From contig CAXXUK010000001.1 in NCBI GenBank assembly GCA_963665125.2, positions 3,424,001-3,488,000 on the forward strand: 64,000 bases of DNA. The letters run 5' to 3'. Source of the stretch: an uncultured Desulfarculus sp. (GTDB lineage Bacteria > Desulfobacterota > Desulfarculia > Desulfarculales > Desulfarculaceae). How positions within the stretch are numbered: position 1 is the stretch's first letter; the number at the start of each line of letters is the position of its first letter. The position numbers and the translations under genes were made by a program. Below the pieces are notes generated by a model. That model was not told the origin of the DNA. It saw only the letters and a list, made by a program, of their open reading frames with translations, and did no database searches. Below, in pieces: positions 9,724 to 20,638 of this stretch.

Positions 9724-10893
9724 ATGGACATCCACATCAATTATCCGGGACGCCTGAAAAAGGTGCAGGAAGGCATGGCCAAGCACGGTCTGGACCTTTT
9801 CCTGGGCACTCGCGGCAAGACCACCAACTACCTGGCCGGGGCCTTCGTGCCGTGGCGCAGCGTCATGCCCATCACCCGCGACGGCTTCATCGGCCTCAAC
9901 ACCCTGTTGATGGACGCCGAGCGGATCAAGGATGAATCCTGGCTGGAAAACATCAACGGCTGCGCACCCCTGCCGGGTCTGGAGCTTTGGGAGTTCACCG
10001 TGGCCCAGATCAAGCAGATGGGCCTGGACAAGGGCGTCATCGGCCTGGAAATGGGCCACTCGCCCCGGATGATCGCCGGGTTCCTGTTCGCCACGGAATA
10101 CGAATTCCTCAAGGAAAACCTGCCCCAGGCCAAGTTCGTCAACTGCCTGGAGCTCATCGACGACATCACCCTGGTCAAGGAGCCGGCGGAAGTCAAACTG
10201 ATGCGCCAGGCCGCGGCCATAGCCGACGCGGCCCAGGAGCGGGTCAAGGAAGAGCTCTACATCGGCATCAACGAACTGGAGATCGCGGGCATCGGCGAGA
10301 TGGAAATGCGCCGCCGGGGCTCGGAGTTCCACTGGCCGGTGACCGGCTCCAGCGAGATCGCCTCGGGCTTCCGCACCTGGTACGCCCTGGGCGGCTGCAC
10401 CCCGCCCACGGACAAGATCGTCCAGCGCAACGAAAGCCTGCTGGTGGACATGCACCCCACCTACAAGCAATATTACTCGGACCTGTCGCACAACTATGTC
10501 CTGGGCAAACCATCGGCCGAGCAGCAAAAGCTGGCCGACGCCTATCTGGCGGCCTGCGAAGTGCTCATCGAGAACCTCAAGGCCGGCCAAACCATCGGCG
10601 GCGTATGCCAGGCCGTGTTCGCCGAGTTGGACCGCAGCGGCTACCGGGCCTATGCCCTGCCCGGCTTCGGTCACGGCCTGGGCGTGGTGGGCCATGAATG
10701 GCACCCGGCCATCCTCGACAACGACGATTTCCGGGACATTGTCCTGGTGGAGGATATCGTGGAGGTGGCGGCCATGGTCATCAACGTGCCCGGCGTGGGC
10801 GGCATGCGCCTGGAGACGCCGGTGCGGGTCACGGCAACCGGCGGCGAAAACCTCTGCAAGACACCCCTGCCCCTGACGGTATTGGATATGTAG
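9724..10893 (+). CDS. M24 family (Xaa-Pro peptidase/creatinase fold) hydrolase
   Basis: VKEPAEV, YYSD, GHGLG, GGMRLE motifs. Confidence 0.85.
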   Translation: MDIHINYPGRLKKVQEGMAKHGLDLFLGTRGKTTNYLAGAFVPWRSVMPITRDGFIGLNTLLMDAERIKDESWLENINGCAPLPGLELWEFTVAQIKQMGLDKGVIGLEMGHSPRMIAGFLFATEYEFLKENLPQAKFVNCLELIDDITLVKEPAEVKLMRQAAAIADAAQERVKEELYIGINELEIAGIGEMEMRRRGSEFHWPVTGSSEIASGFRTWYALGGCTPPTDKIVQRNESLLVDMHPTYKQYYSDLSHNYVLGKPSAEQQKLADAYLAACEVLIENLKAGQTIGGVCQAVFAELDRSGYRAYALPGFGHGLGVVGHEWHPAILDNDDFRDIVLVEDIVEVAAMVINVPGVGGMRLETPVRVTATGGENLCKTPLPLTVLDM

Positions 10894-10966
10894 TAAAACA
10901 GCGGCGGGGCATTCGGCGCCCCGCCGCGTTGGCATTGTCTTTCAACAGCCCGCTGTTGACCCCACC

Positions 10967-11725
10967 TTACTCTTGAGCCAAAACGCAACGGTCGCGTCCT
11001 TGGTCCTTGGCTTGATAAAGGGCCGTGTCCGCCTTTAGCAAGAGGGTTTCCATGTCATAGCCGAAGCGACCACTGGAGGAGACGCCGATACTAATGGTCA
11101 CCAGAGGCAGGTTTACTTGGCCGTTCGATGCCTCCTTGGCCAGTTCCCGGCGAATTCGCTCCGTCAATTTCAGCGCGCCGGATACGCCGGTTTGGGGCAT
11201 CAGCAAAACGAATTCCTCGCCGCCGTATCTGGCCAACACATCGCTGGCGCGGATAAGGCCATTAACCACTTCGGCGACCTTTTTAAGAACGGCGTCTCCC
11301 GTCTGGTGGCCAAAGCGATCGTTGACCCGTTTGAAATGGTCCAGATCCATGATAGCCACCGACAAGTCGGTCTCGTGCCTTTTTGCCAGTTCCAAGTGCC
11401 CTTCGGCCAGCTCGAAAAAATAACGGCGGTTATAAAGACTGGTCAACTCGTCGGTGCGGCTGAGCTCTTCGATTTTTCTCTTGGATTCCTTTAATTGGTA
11501 CAAGAGGTGGGAGTGCCAATAGGTCAAAGGGGGGGCCACCAGCAACGGCACCAAGGTGGCCACCGTGAAGGCCTGGACAAATTTCGGGTTGGGAGTGCAC
11601 AACTCGACGATCAAGGTGATCAGCAATGACAACCCGATGGAAATACCGGTCACGGTGATCACCGAAACCCACAAATAGGGTTTTCTTTGGGCGTCCTCTT
11701 TGGGATATATCAAATCTCTGAACAC
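10967..11725 (-). CDS. Membrane-anchored diguanylate cyclase
   Basis: Two TM segments, DLDHFKRVND, RASD I-site, RYGGEEF. Confidence 0.92.
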   Translation of the reverse strand: MFRDLIYPKEDAQRKPYLWVSVITVTGISIGLSLLITLIVELCTPNPKFVQAFTVATLVPLLVAPPLTYWHSHLLYQLKESKRKIEELSRTDELTSLYNRRYFFELAEGHLELAKRHETDLSVAIMDLDHFKRVNDRFGHQTGDAVLKKVAEVVNGLIRASDVLARYGGEEFVLLMPQTGVSGALKLTERIRRELAKEASNGQVNLPLVTISIGVSSSGRFGYDMETLLLKADTALYQAKDQGRDRCVLAQE

Positions 11726-11813
11726 GGGAGGCTGTTCCTCGGTCCCGCCAAAGTCTTCGCGCCGGTGTTTTGTGGCCGGGGCTGAAACAAAGCCGGTTGT
11801 TGTAAAAAATCCG

Positions 11814-13367
11814 CTAATACGCCTCGTAAATGGCCTGGGCCACAGCGCCCAGGTCTCTGCCCACGACGTTCATTTCATTGATGCTGTCCAGGGGCGCGCT
11901 GTTTACATAAACGGCAAAGGCCACTTCCCTGCCGCTTCTGGTGGTCATGGTCCCGGCCAGGCCCTTGGCCAAAAGGATTATCCGCTCATTGGCCGGGTCG
12001 GAGACCAGGATGGTGCCGGTCTTGGCCTGGGCCTTGCCCCTGGCCGGACTGCCCGGCGGTACGGCATTGGCCAGGGTGCCGTCCACGCCGAGAATGGGCA
12101 GGCACTTGCGGAACTGACCGAACCAGGGCCGTTTGGCCGACGCCCTCACCAGGGCCACCGCCGCCTTGGGGCTGATCAGGTTGCCCATGGGCCCGCCGGC
12201 TCCGTCGAACAGGCTGACCGCGGCCGTGTCGAAACCGAGTTTGGTCAGTATCCCGGCCTCGGCGGCCATGGCTTGATCATAGTTTTCGCCGCCGGTATGG
12301 GCGGCCATGAGCATGGGCAGGGTCATGGCGTGCAGGTTGTGGCTGATCTTGAGGATCATTTCTATATTGCCTGTCAGCGGAGGCGAGGTATACAGCGCCA
12401 CCCTGGACATGGTCTTGTACTGGTCCGGCCGGGGCAGACGCCGGGTTGGGTTTTCCGCGGACGGATCGGCGGACGTCGTGACCCCGGCCCGCCGCAGTGC
12501 CTCGATTAACAGGGCCCTGGCAAACAGGCCGGGCTGGTCGGTCTGACAGGCCACGTTATAAGGTTTGCCGTCCGCCGGGATCGTGCCCTTGACCACGATT
12601 TCGTTGAACGGGGCCCACACGGCCTCCACTTCCGGCTGGGAGTCTCTCGGCCCCGTCTCGACCTGATTGGTCACCTTTATTGCCGCCGTAACGGGCCGCC
12701 ACTCCAGCTTGGGCAGGCTGCCGGGCGCGCCCGGCGTCAGAGTAATGTCCACGAAATTGTCGTTGATCATCATCGGACTGAGCCAGTAGTCCTCGTCCGG
12801 AGACAGGGTGACCGTAAAAAGCCGGTCGTCTATGATCACATCCCCTTCAATCCGGTCGATGCCCAGGGCTTTGACCTGCCCGGCCAAGTCCTCGAGCCCG
12901 GCCAGGGGATTGCCCTTGTGCAGGGTAAAGGCGAAAGTATCGCCCACCGTGTGGTCGGGGTGGGGATAATCCAGCTTGCCGTCCGGGCCCACGCGCCCGC
13001 CCATGTTCAGATCGCCCGAGGCCACCAGGATCAGATCGCCCTTGAGCACCCCGCCACTAACAGGGCCGATGGCAAATACCGGAGTTTTAAAGCGAAAATC
13101 AGGACCAAACAGCTCCATGGCCGCAGCGCAGGAAAAAAGCTTGGTGGTGGAGCCGGGCACGAACCACTGGTCCGGATTCAGGGCGGCAATGCTTTGGCCG
13201 GTTTTCAGGTCGGCCACATAGTAGCCCCATACGGCATGGGAATAGCGGGGCTGGCTCATGATTTTGGCGGCGCTGTCCAGCGGCCCCGGCGGCATACTCA
13301 TGGCGGGTGCGGCCAACAGCAGCAAAGATGCGACCATTAACCCCAAAAACCTGGTCATCCCAGTCAT
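11814..13367 (-). CDS. dacB: D-Ala-D-Ala carboxypeptidase/endopeptidase (peptidase S13, PBP4)
   Basis: STTK, SHN, KTG motifs; GVDGTL; signal peptide. Confidence 0.88.
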   Translation of the reverse strand: MTGMTRFLGLMVASLLLLAAPAMSMPPGPLDSAAKIMSQPRYSHAVWGYYVADLKTGQSIAALNPDQWFVPGSTTKLFSCAAAMELFGPDFRFKTPVFAIGPVSGGVLKGDLILVASGDLNMGGRVGPDGKLDYPHPDHTVGDTFAFTLHKGNPLAGLEDLAGQVKALGIDRIEGDVIIDDRLFTVTLSPDEDYWLSPMMINDNFVDITLTPGAPGSLPKLEWRPVTAAIKVTNQVETGPRDSQPEVEAVWAPFNEIVVKGTIPADGKPYNVACQTDQPGLFARALLIEALRRAGVTTSADPSAENPTRRLPRPDQYKTMSRVALYTSPPLTGNIEMILKISHNLHAMTLPMLMAAHTGGENYDQAMAAEAGILTKLGFDTAAVSLFDGAGGPMGNLISPKAAVALVRASAKRPWFGQFRKCLPILGVDGTLANAVPPGSPARGKAQAKTGTILVSDPANERIILLAKGLAGTMTTRSGREVAFAVYVNSAPLDSINEMNVVGRDLGAVAQAIYEAY

Positions 13368-13629
13368 GCGGCCCTCCAAGCCAAGATGAATGCATCTTCA
13401 ATGCCCCACCATACCCGCCGGGGCCTCATAATAAAAGAAAAACGCCGTCCAATTTCCCAAAGTCCGGCGCAATGCAATCACACTACCGCTGCAATACAGC
13501 TGAATTGCAACCATATCTGATAGATATCACGGCACCATCTTTTCAATTCGCGAGGATATGTGTAAATATAACGCCCGGACCTGAATCCAGGCCCGTATTC
13601 CATTAAATGGCTTAGCGAGGGTAGACAAG

Positions 13630-14199
13630 ATGAGCAGCAATAAACTCGGAGAGCGGATAAAGTCATACCGCGAAAAAAACGGCATAAGCCTGGAGCAGAT
13701 GGCCGAGCGCACCGGCCTGGACCAGCAGTTCCTGCAGGCCGTTGAAGAACAGGATCTATACCCGTCGCTGGGCCCGCTGATCAAGATATCCCGCACCCTG
13801 GGCGTGCGCCTGGGCACCTTCCTGGACGACCAGGTCACCAGCGATCCGCTGATTGTGCGCCTTGATCAGCGCCAGGAACAGCTTGTGACCCACCGGGGCG
13901 GCCAGGCCGGAGCGGAAAACGTCTTTTACAGCCTGGGGCGGGGCAAGACCGACCGCCACATGGAGCCGTTCTTTGTCGAACTGCTGCCCGGCGCACCCCA
14001 ACCGGACAAGCTCAGCTCCCACGAGGGCGAAGAGTTCATCGTCGTCACCCAGGGCCTGGTGGAGCTGGTCTACGGCCAGCAGACCTACACCCTGAACGTG
14101 GGCGACAGCATGTATTACAACTCGGTGGTGCCTCACCACGTGGCCGCGGTGGGCGACGAAAAGGCCGCCATTTACGCGGTGTTGTATTTGCCGGAGTAG
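13630..14199 (+). CDS. XRE HTH plus cupin transcriptional regulator
   Basis: LGERIKSYRE HTH; SHEGEEF..V..G cupin. Confidence 0.9.
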   Translation: MSSNKLGERIKSYREKNGISLEQMAERTGLDQQFLQAVEEQDLYPSLGPLIKISRTLGVRLGTFLDDQVTSDPLIVRLDQRQEQLVTHRGGQAGAENVFYSLGRGKTDRHMEPFFVELLPGAPQPDKLSSHEGEEFIVVTQGLVELVYGQQTYTLNVGDSMYYNSVVPHHVAAVGDEKAAIYAVLYLPE

Positions 14200-14203
14200 G
14201 CCC

Positions 14204-15850
14204 ATGAGCGATACGGTTATTATCGATAAAACCCTGGGCCAGATCCTCGAAGACACCGTGGCCAAATACCCGGACAACCCGGCGGTGGTCTATGTGGACC
14301 GCAATTACAGGCTCACCTGGAGCGAGTTTCGCGACACGGTGAACGAACTGGCCAAGGGCCTGTTGGCCATCGGCGTCAAGCCCGGAGAAAAGGTGGCCGT
14401 GTGGGCCTCCAACGTGCCCTACTGGGTGGCCTTGCAATTCGCCACGGCCAAGATCGGGGCCATCCTGCTGACGGTCAATACCCATTACCAGCGGGCCGAG
14501 CTGGATTATCTGCTCAAGCAGTCGGAGACCGAAAACCTGGTGGTGGCCGACCGCTTCCGGGACAATGACTTCCTGGCCACGATCTACGAACTGATCCCCG
14601 AACTGCGCACCCAGGAGCGGGCTCATCTGCACACCGAGAACTACCCCCACCTCAAGCGGGTGATGTTCCTGGACCAGGAAAAGCACCGCGGCATGTTCTC
14701 CGTGCCGGAGATCATGGCCATGAGCCGCATGACTTCTGACGAGGAGCTGGCCCGCATCGAGGCCGCCCAGGAGCCGGACATGGTGGTGAACATGCAGTAC
14801 ACCTCTGGCACCACGGGCTTCCCCAAGGGCGTCATGCTGACCCACAAGAGCATCGGCACCAACGGCTACTGGATCGGCAAGCATCAGCTCCTGGGCCCGG
14901 ACGACCGGGTGTGCCTTCCCGTGCCGCTGTTCCACTGCTTCGGCTGCGTGCTGGGCGTCATGGCCTGCGTCAACCATGGTTCGTGCATGGTCATCCTGGA
15001 GGAGTTCGACCCGGTGCAGGTCATGGCCGCGGTGGAAAGCGAGCACTGCACGGGCCTGTACGGCGTGCCCACCATGTTCATCGCCGTGTTGACCCACAAG
15101 CTGTTCAATAAATTCGATTTCTCCAGCCTGCGCACCGGCATAATGGCCGGCAGCCCCTGCCCCATCAAGACCATGCGCGAGGTCATGGACCTGATGAACA
15201 TGACCGAGGTGACGATCTGTTACGGGCTCACCGAGAACTCGCCGGTGATGACCCAGACCCTGCCCGACGACAATGTGCAGCGCCGCACAGAGACCGTGGG
15301 CAAGGCCATGCCGGGTATCGAGGTGAAGATCGTCGATCCGGAGACCAAAAAGGAACTGCCCGCTGGAACCATCGGCGAGGTCTGCTGCCGGGGCTACAGC
15401 GTGATGAAGGGCTACTACAACATGCCCCAGGCCACGGCCGAGGCCATCAGCGAAGACGGCTGGCTCTACAGCGGCGACCTGGGCGTGTTGGACGAGCACG
15501 GCTATCTGGCCATCACCGGCCGCCACAAGGACATGATCATCCGGGGCGGCGAAAACATCTATCCCCTGGAGATCGAGGAATTCGTGCGCCACATGCCCGG
15601 CATCATGGATGTGCAGGTGGTGGGCGTACCCAGCAAGAAATACGGCGAGCAGGTCGGGGCCTTCGTCATGCTGGAGGAAAACGCCGACCTGAACCCCGAG
15701 GACGTGCGCGACCTGTGCCGGGGCCAGATCAGCCGTTACAAGATTCCCAAATACATCCAGATCGTCGACGCCTACCCCATGACCGCCAGCGGCAAGATCC
15801 AGAAATACAAGCTGGTGGAGCAGGCGGCCAAGCTCTGGCCCGAAGCCTGA
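14204..15850 (+). CDS. AMP-dependent acyl-CoA synthetase
   Basis: YTSGTTGFPKG, YGLTE, SGD, IIRGGENIYP, SGKIQK. Confidence 0.93.
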   Translation: MSDTVIIDKTLGQILEDTVAKYPDNPAVVYVDRNYRLTWSEFRDTVNELAKGLLAIGVKPGEKVAVWASNVPYWVALQFATAKIGAILLTVNTHYQRAELDYLLKQSETENLVVADRFRDNDFLATIYELIPELRTQERAHLHTENYPHLKRVMFLDQEKHRGMFSVPEIMAMSRMTSDEELARIEAAQEPDMVVNMQYTSGTTGFPKGVMLTHKSIGTNGYWIGKHQLLGPDDRVCLPVPLFHCFGCVLGVMACVNHGSCMVILEEFDPVQVMAAVESEHCTGLYGVPTMFIAVLTHKLFNKFDFSSLRTGIMAGSPCPIKTMREVMDLMNMTEVTICYGLTENSPVMTQTLPDDNVQRRTETVGKAMPGIEVKIVDPETKKELPAGTIGEVCCRGYSVMKGYYNMPQATAEAISEDGWLYSGDLGVLDEHGYLAITGRHKDMIIRGGENIYPLEIEEFVRHMPGIMDVQVVGVPSKKYGEQVGAFVMLEENADLNPEDVRDLCRGQISRYKIPKYIQIVDAYPMTASGKIQKYKLVEQAAKLWPEA

Positions 15851-15881
15851 TCACGGCTTAACCGCCAATCGAACGGACAAT

Positions 15882-15915
15882 GCCGATGGGCCTTGCGGGG
15901 TCCGTCGGTTTTTTT
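15882..15915 (+). terminator. Intrinsic terminator
   Basis: GCCGATGGGCC...GGTCCGTCGGT followed by a T-run. Confidence 0.7.
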
Positions 15916-15929
15916 ACGCCTCGCGGCAG

Positions 15930-16346
15930 CTATGGACTCCAGCATCCATGGGAGTTGTTGATGTCGATCCACAGCACGCCCTTGTTGCTCTTGAAAAAGT
16001 AGTAGTAGACATTGGGGTTCGCCGGAGTGGTCCATTCGGCCTGCCAGGCCTGGTTGTTGTTGGGGTCGCAGTGGCCGATCATCTGGTCGAACACAACACC
16101 GGGCACCGGATTCTTGTTGGCGTCCCGGCCCTCGATGCGCAAATGGCTCATGCGCTTCCAGCATTTCTTGCGGGTGTTGCGGATCTTGATGTGCACACTC
16201 TGGCCGATGTAGCCTTGCTGATCGCACCAGCCTCCGTTGGTGTTTCCTTCGCCTAGGCCGAACCTCTCGGCCAGGGCCTGGCTGCCGACCGCGCAAAAAG
16301 CCAAGGCCAAAACCAGGCTCAGACCCCATTTGAGGAGCTTGTTCAT
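15930..16346 (-). CDS. Secreted hypothetical protein
   Basis: AGGAGG RBS, signal peptide ending ALA, four Cys in mature part. Confidence 0.7.
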   Translation of the reverse strand: MNKLLKWGLSLVLALAFCAVGSQALAERFGLGEGNTNGGWCDQQGYIGQSVHIKIRNTRKKCWKRMSHLRIEGRDANKNPVPGVVFDQMIGHCDPNNNQAWQAEWTTPANPNVYYYFFKSNKGVLWIDINNSHGCWSP

Positions 16347-16636
16347 ATTAATCCTCCTTTTTTATGGGGGGCAATAATGCAGAGTCGGGATGACCCCATG
16401 AACTGAATTACGCCGGTTCGCCAGGAACAGGCAATCGCCTTGTTTACGGTCGCTATTTCCTTTGGTTGATATGAGTTATTATCCCACCTTTTTGCGTGGG
16501 ATTTCACCAGAAAGAAGCCCTGCCAAAATGGCCGTTATCCGGCGGTGGCTGGTTAGCCGCGCCAAAGCAAACTTCTTTTTGCCCGTGTGCCTGGCGTGTT
16601 AGCCTGTATGCAACAATAAAAAAAGGGGTGATGGTC

Positions 16637-18058
16637 ATGCGAAAAATATTTATTGCCGCCGCGCTGACCGCGGCGCTGTTTCTGGCCTTGGCCTTTGGCG
16701 CCTCGGCCGCTGAAAAACTGACTAAATACGGCAAGGGCTGGCGTTTCGACAAGAACGGCTGGGTCTATATCCACATCGAGGGTGAACCCCATGAACGCGG
16801 TTTGCAGCATGGCTATCTGGCCGCGCCTGAGATCAAAAAGGCCCTACGAAGCCTGGAGTATCTGACCTACCAACAGACCGGAAAGAAGTGGGAGTTTTTC
16901 GTGGGCGCGGCGGTCAAGCTGTGGGCCAGCCGCGTCGACGACGAATTCCTGGACGAAATCAAAGGCATCGCCGCCGGAGCGACCAAGGCCGGGGTGAAGG
17001 TGACCTGGCAGGAGATCCTGGCCTGGAACGGCTATGAGGAACTCACCGACTATTGGTGGCCCAACGCCATGGACAAATACCGCTATCTGCCCAGCGTGGA
17101 AGCGCCCACCGGCCATTGCAGCGCCTTCATGGCCACGGGCAACGCCACCAAAGGCGGCAAGATCGTCATGGCCCACAACAGCTTCGACAACTTCGAGTGG
17201 GGCCAGTTCGCCAACATGGTTCTGGACATCGTGCCGGGCAAGGGCTTCCGTATTTTCATGCAGACCCAACCGGGCTTCATCCACTCCGGCGCCGACTTTT
17301 TCATCACCGGCGGCGAGTTGATGGGTCTGGAGACCACCATAGGCGGCTTTTCCCTTTACGACCCCAACGAGGACCCCGAGTTTTTCCGCGTCCGCAAGGC
17401 CATGCAATACGCCAAGGACCTGGACCAGTTCGTGGAGCTGATGAAAAAAAAGAACAACGGCGGCTATGCCAACTCCTGGCTGGTGGGCAACCGCAAGACC
17501 GGCGAGATCATGCGGCTTGAGCTGGGCCTGGAATACTACAACGTGGAAAAGAAAAAGGACGGCTGGTTCATCGGCTTCAATGCGCCACTGGACCCGCGCA
17601 TCCGCAACCTGGAGTGCTCCAACACCGGCTACTGCGACATCCGGAGGCACCAGGGAGCCCGCCAGGTGCGGCTTACCCAGCTCATGCGCCAGTACAACGG
17701 CAAGATCGACGTGGAGATCGCCAAAAAAGTGCTGGCCGACCACTATGACGTGTACCTGAAAAAGGAAAACCCCAGTTCACGCACCGTGGATGGCCACTAT
17801 GAACTGGACGACCGGGCATTTATGAGCGACCCCAGCCGACCCAAGCCCTACAGGCCCCGGGGCGCCGTGGACGGCAAGTGCACCGACAGCGAATTGGCCG
17901 GCCAGTGGAAGGCCTGGTTCCGCTGGGGCAACAGCTCGGGCATGCCCTTTGACGCCAAGAAGTTCCTGGCCGAGCACATCCAGTGGGAATACCTTGACGG
18001 CTATCTCTTTGACCGGCCCAGCCGGCCCTGGACCTTGTTCGAGGCGGGCCAGCAGTAA
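16637..18058 (+). CDS. Secreted Ntn hydrolase (peptidase C45 / phospholipase B-like)
   Basis: Signal peptide; GLQHGYL; HCSAF autoprocessing Cys; MAHNS; NNGGYANSW. Confidence 0.8.
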   Translation: MRKIFIAAALTAALFLALAFGASAAEKLTKYGKGWRFDKNGWVYIHIEGEPHERGLQHGYLAAPEIKKALRSLEYLTYQQTGKKWEFFVGAAVKLWASRVDDEFLDEIKGIAAGATKAGVKVTWQEILAWNGYEELTDYWWPNAMDKYRYLPSVEAPTGHCSAFMATGNATKGGKIVMAHNSFDNFEWGQFANMVLDIVPGKGFRIFMQTQPGFIHSGADFFITGGELMGLETTIGGFSLYDPNEDPEFFRVRKAMQYAKDLDQFVELMKKKNNGGYANSWLVGNRKTGEIMRLELGLEYYNVEKKKDGWFIGFNAPLDPRIRNLECSNTGYCDIRRHQGARQVRLTQLMRQYNGKIDVEIAKKVLADHYDVYLKKENPSSRTVDGHYELDDRAFMSDPSRPKPYRPRGAVDGKCTDSELAGQWKAWFRWGNSSGMPFDAKKFLAEHIQWEYLDGYLFDRPSRPWTLFEAGQQ

Positions 18059-18145
18059 GACCAGGGGCATTTAATGCAAAGCGGCCGCTCCGGGATGCCG
18101 GGGCGGCCGTTTCATTCAAACATGCAAAGTGCCGGTTTCACGGAT

Positions 18146-20638
18146 TCATGAATTGTCCAGCAGGTTGCGCACGCTGGCCAAAAGCTGGCTGGCCCGGAAA
18201 GGTTTGGCCAGGTACCCCGCCGGCTTGCGCTCCATGATCGACAGCAGGGGACCCTCGGGACTATAGCCGCTGACCACCAACACCAACACACCAGGGTCAA
18301 TTTCCCGCAGCTTATCCAGACACTGGGTCCCGCCCATGCCCGGCATGCCCACGTCCAACACCACCAAATCGATATCATGGCCCACGTCCTCGTAAAGGAT
18401 CAGGGCCTCCTCGCCCGAAGCAGCCGTAAAGACATGATAGCCTTCGCGCTCCAGGGCGCCCCGGGCGATGTTGCGCAGGGCCGGTTCATCATCAACCACC
18501 AGGACCGTCTCCCGGTCCACGGCCAGTTCGGAGCCGAGAGGATATTCCCTTACCGCTTCCTCGATTTGGCCCACCGCCATGTCCACGGCCGGAAAATAGA
18601 CCTTGAATTCAGAGCCCTGGCCCAGTTTGCTGGTGCAGGAAACCCGGCCGCCGTGGCCCTTGACTATGCCGTAGACCGTCGACAACCCCAGACCGGTGCC
18701 CTTGCCGATTTCCTTGGTGGTAAAAAACGGATCAAATGCCAGGGTTTGCACTTCTTCGGGCATGCCCTGGCCGGTGTCACTGACGATCATCAAGACATAC
18801 TTGCCGGGCTGGAGATCCGGCCGTCCATGGCAATAGTCCTGGTCCACATGGATCAGCCTTGTTTCTATGGTCAGGATGCCGCCTTCGGGCATGGCGTCGG
18901 CGGCATTGACGCCAAGGTTGACCAGGACCTGTTCCAATTGGCTGGAATCAGCGAAAATGACTATTTGCTGATTGTCCAGGTCCACCTTCAAGTCGATCAT
19001 CTTGGGGATCAGGTTGCGCAGCAGCTCCGCGCCGCGATTGATTTCATAATTGAAATCCAGCGGCACCCTCTCGCTGGTCATCTTACGGCCGAATGTGAGG
19101 ATCTGGCGCACAAGCTTTTTGGCCCGCTCGGCGGCATGCAGGACTTGGCCGATCTCCTCTGTGTTTTGCCGGCCTTCGGCCACCCTGTCCAGGGCCAATT
19201 CGCCGTAACCCATGACCGCGCCGAGGATGTTGTTGAAATCGTGGGCAATGCCTCCGGCCAGGGTGCCCAGGGACTCCATCTTTTGCGAGTGCCGCAACTG
19301 TTGTTCCAGGGCGCGTTTTTCCGTTTCGGCCATCTTGCGCTCGCTGATGTCGCGAATCAGGGCCAACAACAGCGTTTCATTGAGGCCCGGCATCCTGGTC
19401 AGGTTGACCTCGGCCGGAAATTCCTTGCCGTCCAATCGGCGCAGAACCCATTCAAAGGTCTGGCTTTTGCCGGCCAAGGCCTTTTTTGTCAGTTCTTTGG
19501 TAATGGTCTTTGAGTCACGTCCATCGGGCTGGGTCTGCGGGTATAATTGCCAGGAGCTTATACGCTGTATTGTCTGCTCGGGCAACTGGAACATCTCGGA
19601 GCCCGCGGGGTTGTAATCGATCACATTTTCACCCCGCAAAAGGAATATGGCGTCGGAGATGTTTTTAAAGAGCGTCAGATAACGCGATTCACTTTCGCGG
19701 ACAGCCTGTTCGGCGTCCTTGCGTTCAGTGGTGTCAAACAGCGTCTCGATTGCCCCTATGGTGTTGCCGTCGGCATCCCGCAGCGGCGCAGCCAAAAATG
19801 TCAGCCAAACGCCTTTTTCGCCCAGATGAGAAAAATACCGTTCAGCTCCGATAGCGCCGGGAATGAGACGGGACATCTCATAATCCGCGCCATACAGCTT
19901 TTCGATATCCTTTTCATCCGCGCCATCAACAATAATATCGGCCAAGAGCGGCCTTTTGCGGCCGTAGAAAATTTCCGAGTGCCGCTGGGTGCGGATCACG
20001 TCCTCTTCATTGACCCCGGTCAGGGCCTGGCAGGCATTGTTCCAGTGGGTAATTCTGTGTTGTTTGTCGATGACAAACACCGGCGTGGGGATATTGTCCA
20101 CGATGAGGCTGAGCCGGTTGGCGCCCCGCTCCAGTTCTTCCTGGGCCTTTTTTTGCTCGGTGATGTCCTGGATAAAACTCATCACCGCCGGGCGGCCCCG
20201 CCAGGTGATGATACTGGCCTGGGTAATCAGCCAGATGTGGTCGCCGTTGGCGGAAATGAACTTTGCAGGATAATTGTTGTCGCCGGTGTGGCCATCCAGA
20301 CGCGACAAGTGCCGCCCCATGATCAAATCGCGGTACTGCGGGTGGGCGAATTCAATAAATGGCCGGGATGATAGTTCTTCCTCGGAATACCCCATTATTC
20401 GGGACAAGGCGGGATTGGCAAAACATATCTGGTTGTCTTGGATTATGCAGATGCCGCTGAGGGTGTTTTCAACAATCTTCCGGTAGGAATCTTCGTCGGC
20501 CTTTTGACCGGCATCGGCTTTTCCGTGGCGGGTAAGCCGGGCCTCCAACTCCTCCACGCGAAGCCTTAGTTGCTCGTTAAGCTCCTTCAGCTTCCTGTTA
20601 CTGTCGTCGCTGAGATTCTGAGAAGATTTAGCAGGCAT
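18146..20638 (-). CDS. PAS-domain hybrid histidine kinase with C-terminal receiver
   Basis: Three PAS domains, AHDFNN H-box, PFFTTK..GKGTGLGL, VVDDE...LDVGMP. Confidence 0.93.
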   Translation of the reverse strand: MPAKSSQNLSDDSNRKLKELNEQLRLRVEELEARLTRHGKADAGQKADEDSYRKIVENTLSGICIIQDNQICFANPALSRIMGYSEEELSSRPFIEFAHPQYRDLIMGRHLSRLDGHTGDNNYPAKFISANGDHIWLITQASIITWRGRPAVMSFIQDITEQKKAQEELERGANRLSLIVDNIPTPVFVIDKQHRITHWNNACQALTGVNEEDVIRTQRHSEIFYGRKRPLLADIIVDGADEKDIEKLYGADYEMSRLIPGAIGAERYFSHLGEKGVWLTFLAAPLRDADGNTIGAIETLFDTTERKDAEQAVRESESRYLTLFKNISDAIFLLRGENVIDYNPAGSEMFQLPEQTIQRISSWQLYPQTQPDGRDSKTITKELTKKALAGKSQTFEWVLRRLDGKEFPAEVNLTRMPGLNETLLLALIRDISERKMAETEKRALEQQLRHSQKMESLGTLAGGIAHDFNNILGAVMGYGELALDRVAEGRQNTEEIGQVLHAAERAKKLVRQILTFGRKMTSERVPLDFNYEINRGAELLRNLIPKMIDLKVDLDNQQIVIFADSSQLEQVLVNLGVNAADAMPEGGILTIETRLIHVDQDYCHGRPDLQPGKYVLMIVSDTGQGMPEEVQTLAFDPFFTTKEIGKGTGLGLSTVYGIVKGHGGRVSCTSKLGQGSEFKVYFPAVDMAVGQIEEAVREYPLGSELAVDRETVLVVDDEPALRNIARGALEREGYHVFTAASGEEALILYEDVGHDIDLVVLDVGMPGMGGTQCLDKLREIDPGVLVLVVSGYSPEGPLLSIMERKPAGYLAKPFRASQLLASVRNLLDNS

